Shown here piece after piece: positions 25,684 to 27,316 of a stretch of DNA of 27,316 bases. The position numbers and the translations under genes were made by a program. The DNA is from a virus (Duplodnaviria > Heunggongvirae > Uroviricota > Caudoviricetes): the IMG/VR virus record IMGVR_UViG_2728369187_000003; one strand, 5' to 3'. Under the pieces are notes generated by a model. It was not told where the DNA came from. It searched no databases and worked only from the letters and a program-made list of their open reading frames with translations. Numbering within the stretch: the stretch's first letter is position 1; every line of letters begins with the position of its first letter.

Positions 25684-27316
25684 CAGGCTACGGCATTTTG
25701 TCCGCGCCGGGCTTCGCTCACTGTTCAGGCCGGAGCCACAGACCGCCGTTGAATGGGCGGATGCTAATTACTATCTCCCGAAAGAATCCGCATACCAGGA
25801 AGGGCGCTGGGAAACACTGCCCTTTCAGCGGGCCATCATGAATGCGATGGGCAGCGACTACATCCGTGAGGTGAATGTGGTGAAGTCTGCCCGTGTCGGT
25901 TATTCCAAAATGCTGCTGGGTGTTTATGCCTACTTCATAGAGCATAAGCAGCGCAACACCCTTATCTGGTTGCCGACGGATGGTGATGCCGAGAACTTTA
26001 TGAAAACCCACGTTGAGCCGACCATCCGCGATATTCCGTCGCTGCTGGCGCTGGCCCCGTGGTATGGCAAAAAGCACCGGGATAACACGCTCACCATGAA
26101 GCGTTTCACCAATGGGCGTGGTTTCTGGTGCCTGGGCGGTAAAGCGGCAAAAAACTACCGTGAAAAGTCGGTGGATGTGGCGGGTTATGATGAACTTGCT
26201 GCCTTTGATGAGGATATTGAACAGGAAGGCTCTCCGACGTTCCTGGGTGACAAACGTATTGAAGGCTCGGTCTGGCCAAAGTCCATCCGTGGCTCCACGC
26301 CCAAAGTGAGAGGCACCTGTCAGATTGAGCGTGCAGCCAGTGAATCCCCGCATTTTATGCGTTTTCATGTTGCCTGCCCGCACTGCGGGGAGGAACAGTA
26401 CCTTAAATTTGGCGACAAAGAGACGCCGTTTGGCCTCAAATGGACGCCGGATGATCCCTCCAGCGTGTTTTATCTCTGCGAGCATAATGCCTGCGTCATC
26501 CGCCAGCAGGAGCTGGACTTTACTGATGCCCGTTATATCTGCGAAAAGACCGGGATCTGGACCCGTGATGGCATTCTCTGGTTTTCGTCATCCGGTGAAG
26601 AGATTGAGCCGCCGGACAGCGTGACCTTTCACATCTGGACGGCGTACAGCCCGTTCACCACCTGGGTGCAGATTGTCAAAGACTGGATGAAAACGAAAGG
26701 GGATACGGGAAAACGTAAAACCTTCGTGAACACCACGCTCGGTGAGACATGGGAAGCGAAAATCGGTGAACGTCCGGATGCTGAAGTGATGGCAGAGCGG
26801 AAAGAGCATTATTCAGCGCCCGTTCCTGACCGTGTGGCTTACCTGACTGCCGGTATCGACTCCCAGCTGGATCGCTACGAAATGCGCGTATGGGGATGGG
26901 GGCCGGGTGAGGAAAGCTGGCTGATTGACCGGCAGATTATTATGGGCCGCCACGATGATGAACAGACGCTGCTGCGTGTGGATGAGGCCATCAATAAAAC
27001 CTATATCCGCCGGAATGGTGCAGAAATGTCGGTATCCCGTATCTGCTGGGATACTGGCGGGATTGACCCGACCATTGTGTATGAACGCTCGAAAAAGCAT
27101 GGGCTGTTCCGGGTGATCCCCATTAAAGGGGCATCCGTCTACGGAAAGCCGGTGGCCAGCATGCCACGTAAGCGAAACAAAAACGGGGTTTACCTTACCG
27201 AAATTGGTACGGATACCGCGAAAGAGCAGATTTATAACCGCTTCACACTGACGCCGGAAGGGGATGAACCGCTTCCCGGTGCCGTTCACTTCCCGAATAA
27301 CCCGGATATTTTTGAT
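25658..27316 (+). CDS. A: Terminase large subunit gpA, N-terminal 553 codons (truncated by window end)
   Basis: GTG start overlapping the nu1 3' end; translation NISNSQVNRLRHFVRAGLRSLFRPEPQTAVEWADANYYLPKESAYQEGRWETLPFQRAIMNAMGSDYIREVNVVKSARVGYSKMLLG... matches lambda gpA from memory; not in the ORF track because no stop is reached before the window ends. Confidence 0.9.
   Translation, partial: MNISNSQVNRLRHFVRAGLRSLFRPEPQTAVEWADANYYLPKESAYQEGRWETLPFQRAIMNAMGSDYIREVNVVKSARVGYSKMLLGVYAYFIEHKQRNTLIWLPTDGDAENFMKTHVEPTIRDIPSLLALAPWYGKKHRDNTLTMKRFTNGRGFWCLGGKAAKNYREKSVDVAGYDELAAFDEDIEQEGSPTFLGDKRIEGSVWPKSIRGSTPKVRGTCQIERAASESPHFMRFHVACPHCGEEQYLKFGDKETPFGLKWTPDDPSSVFYLCEHNACVIRQQELDFTDARYICEKTGIWTRDGILWFSSSGEEIEPPDSVTFHIWTAYSPFTTWVQIVKDWMKTKGDTGKRKTFVNTTLGETWEAKIGERPDAEVMAERKEHYSAPVPDRVAYLTAGIDSQLDRYEMRVWGWGPGEESWLIDRQIIMGRHDDEQTLLRVDEAINKTYIRRNGAEMSVSRICWDTGGIDPTIVYERSKKHGLFRVIPIKGASVYGKPVASMPRKRNKNGVYLTEIGTDTAKEQIYNRFTLTPEGDEPLPGAVHFPNNPDIFD

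Noticed and set aside
25718-27289. Minus-strand ORFs 25718-26485 (255 aa), 26588-26809 and 26813-27289 and small plus-strand ORFs
   Set aside because: They are antisense to or out of frame with the terminase large subunit gene, which matches lambda gpA along the whole region.

Overview
This window is almost entirely a lambdoid prophage of the Qin/lambda type in an Escherichia-like genome, read from the integrase at the left edge to a truncated terminase large subunit at the right edge. All identifications are from reading the sequence and recalling protein families from memory; no database search was run. From left to right it holds: int and an xis-like gene; a large DEDDh-exonuclease gene; a dicB-type early operon (ydfA, ydfB, ydfC, dicB, ydfD) downstream of a PL-like promoter; a leaderless cI repressor gene with a shared palindromic operator at both PL and PR; cro; a YdaT-like gene; and an O-like replication initiator gene with two internal iteron arrays. 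An AT-rich cargo island (about 8400-12830) follows, then an IS element with a DDE transposase. The rest is Qin-type cargo and late genes: flxA with a sigma-28 promoter, relB-relE-hokD, rem, ydfU, antiterminator Q, a late promoter with terminator, three cold-shock paralogs, a pinholin / SAR endolysin / Rz-Rz1 lysis cassette, gnsB, cosN, and terminase Nu1 and A. The most interesting candidate for an undescribed system is the AT-rich island. It encodes a membrane-anchored protein, a HExxH metallopeptidase-like protein and a convergent protein with an N-terminal zinc ribbon and a RES-like R/Y/E core, plus two small ORFs with strong ribosome-binding sites. Three N-runs (4192-4305, 16370-16473, 25306-25430) interrupt dicB and the expected dicF position, hokD, and nu1. 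No CRISPR array, rRNA or tRNA was seen.
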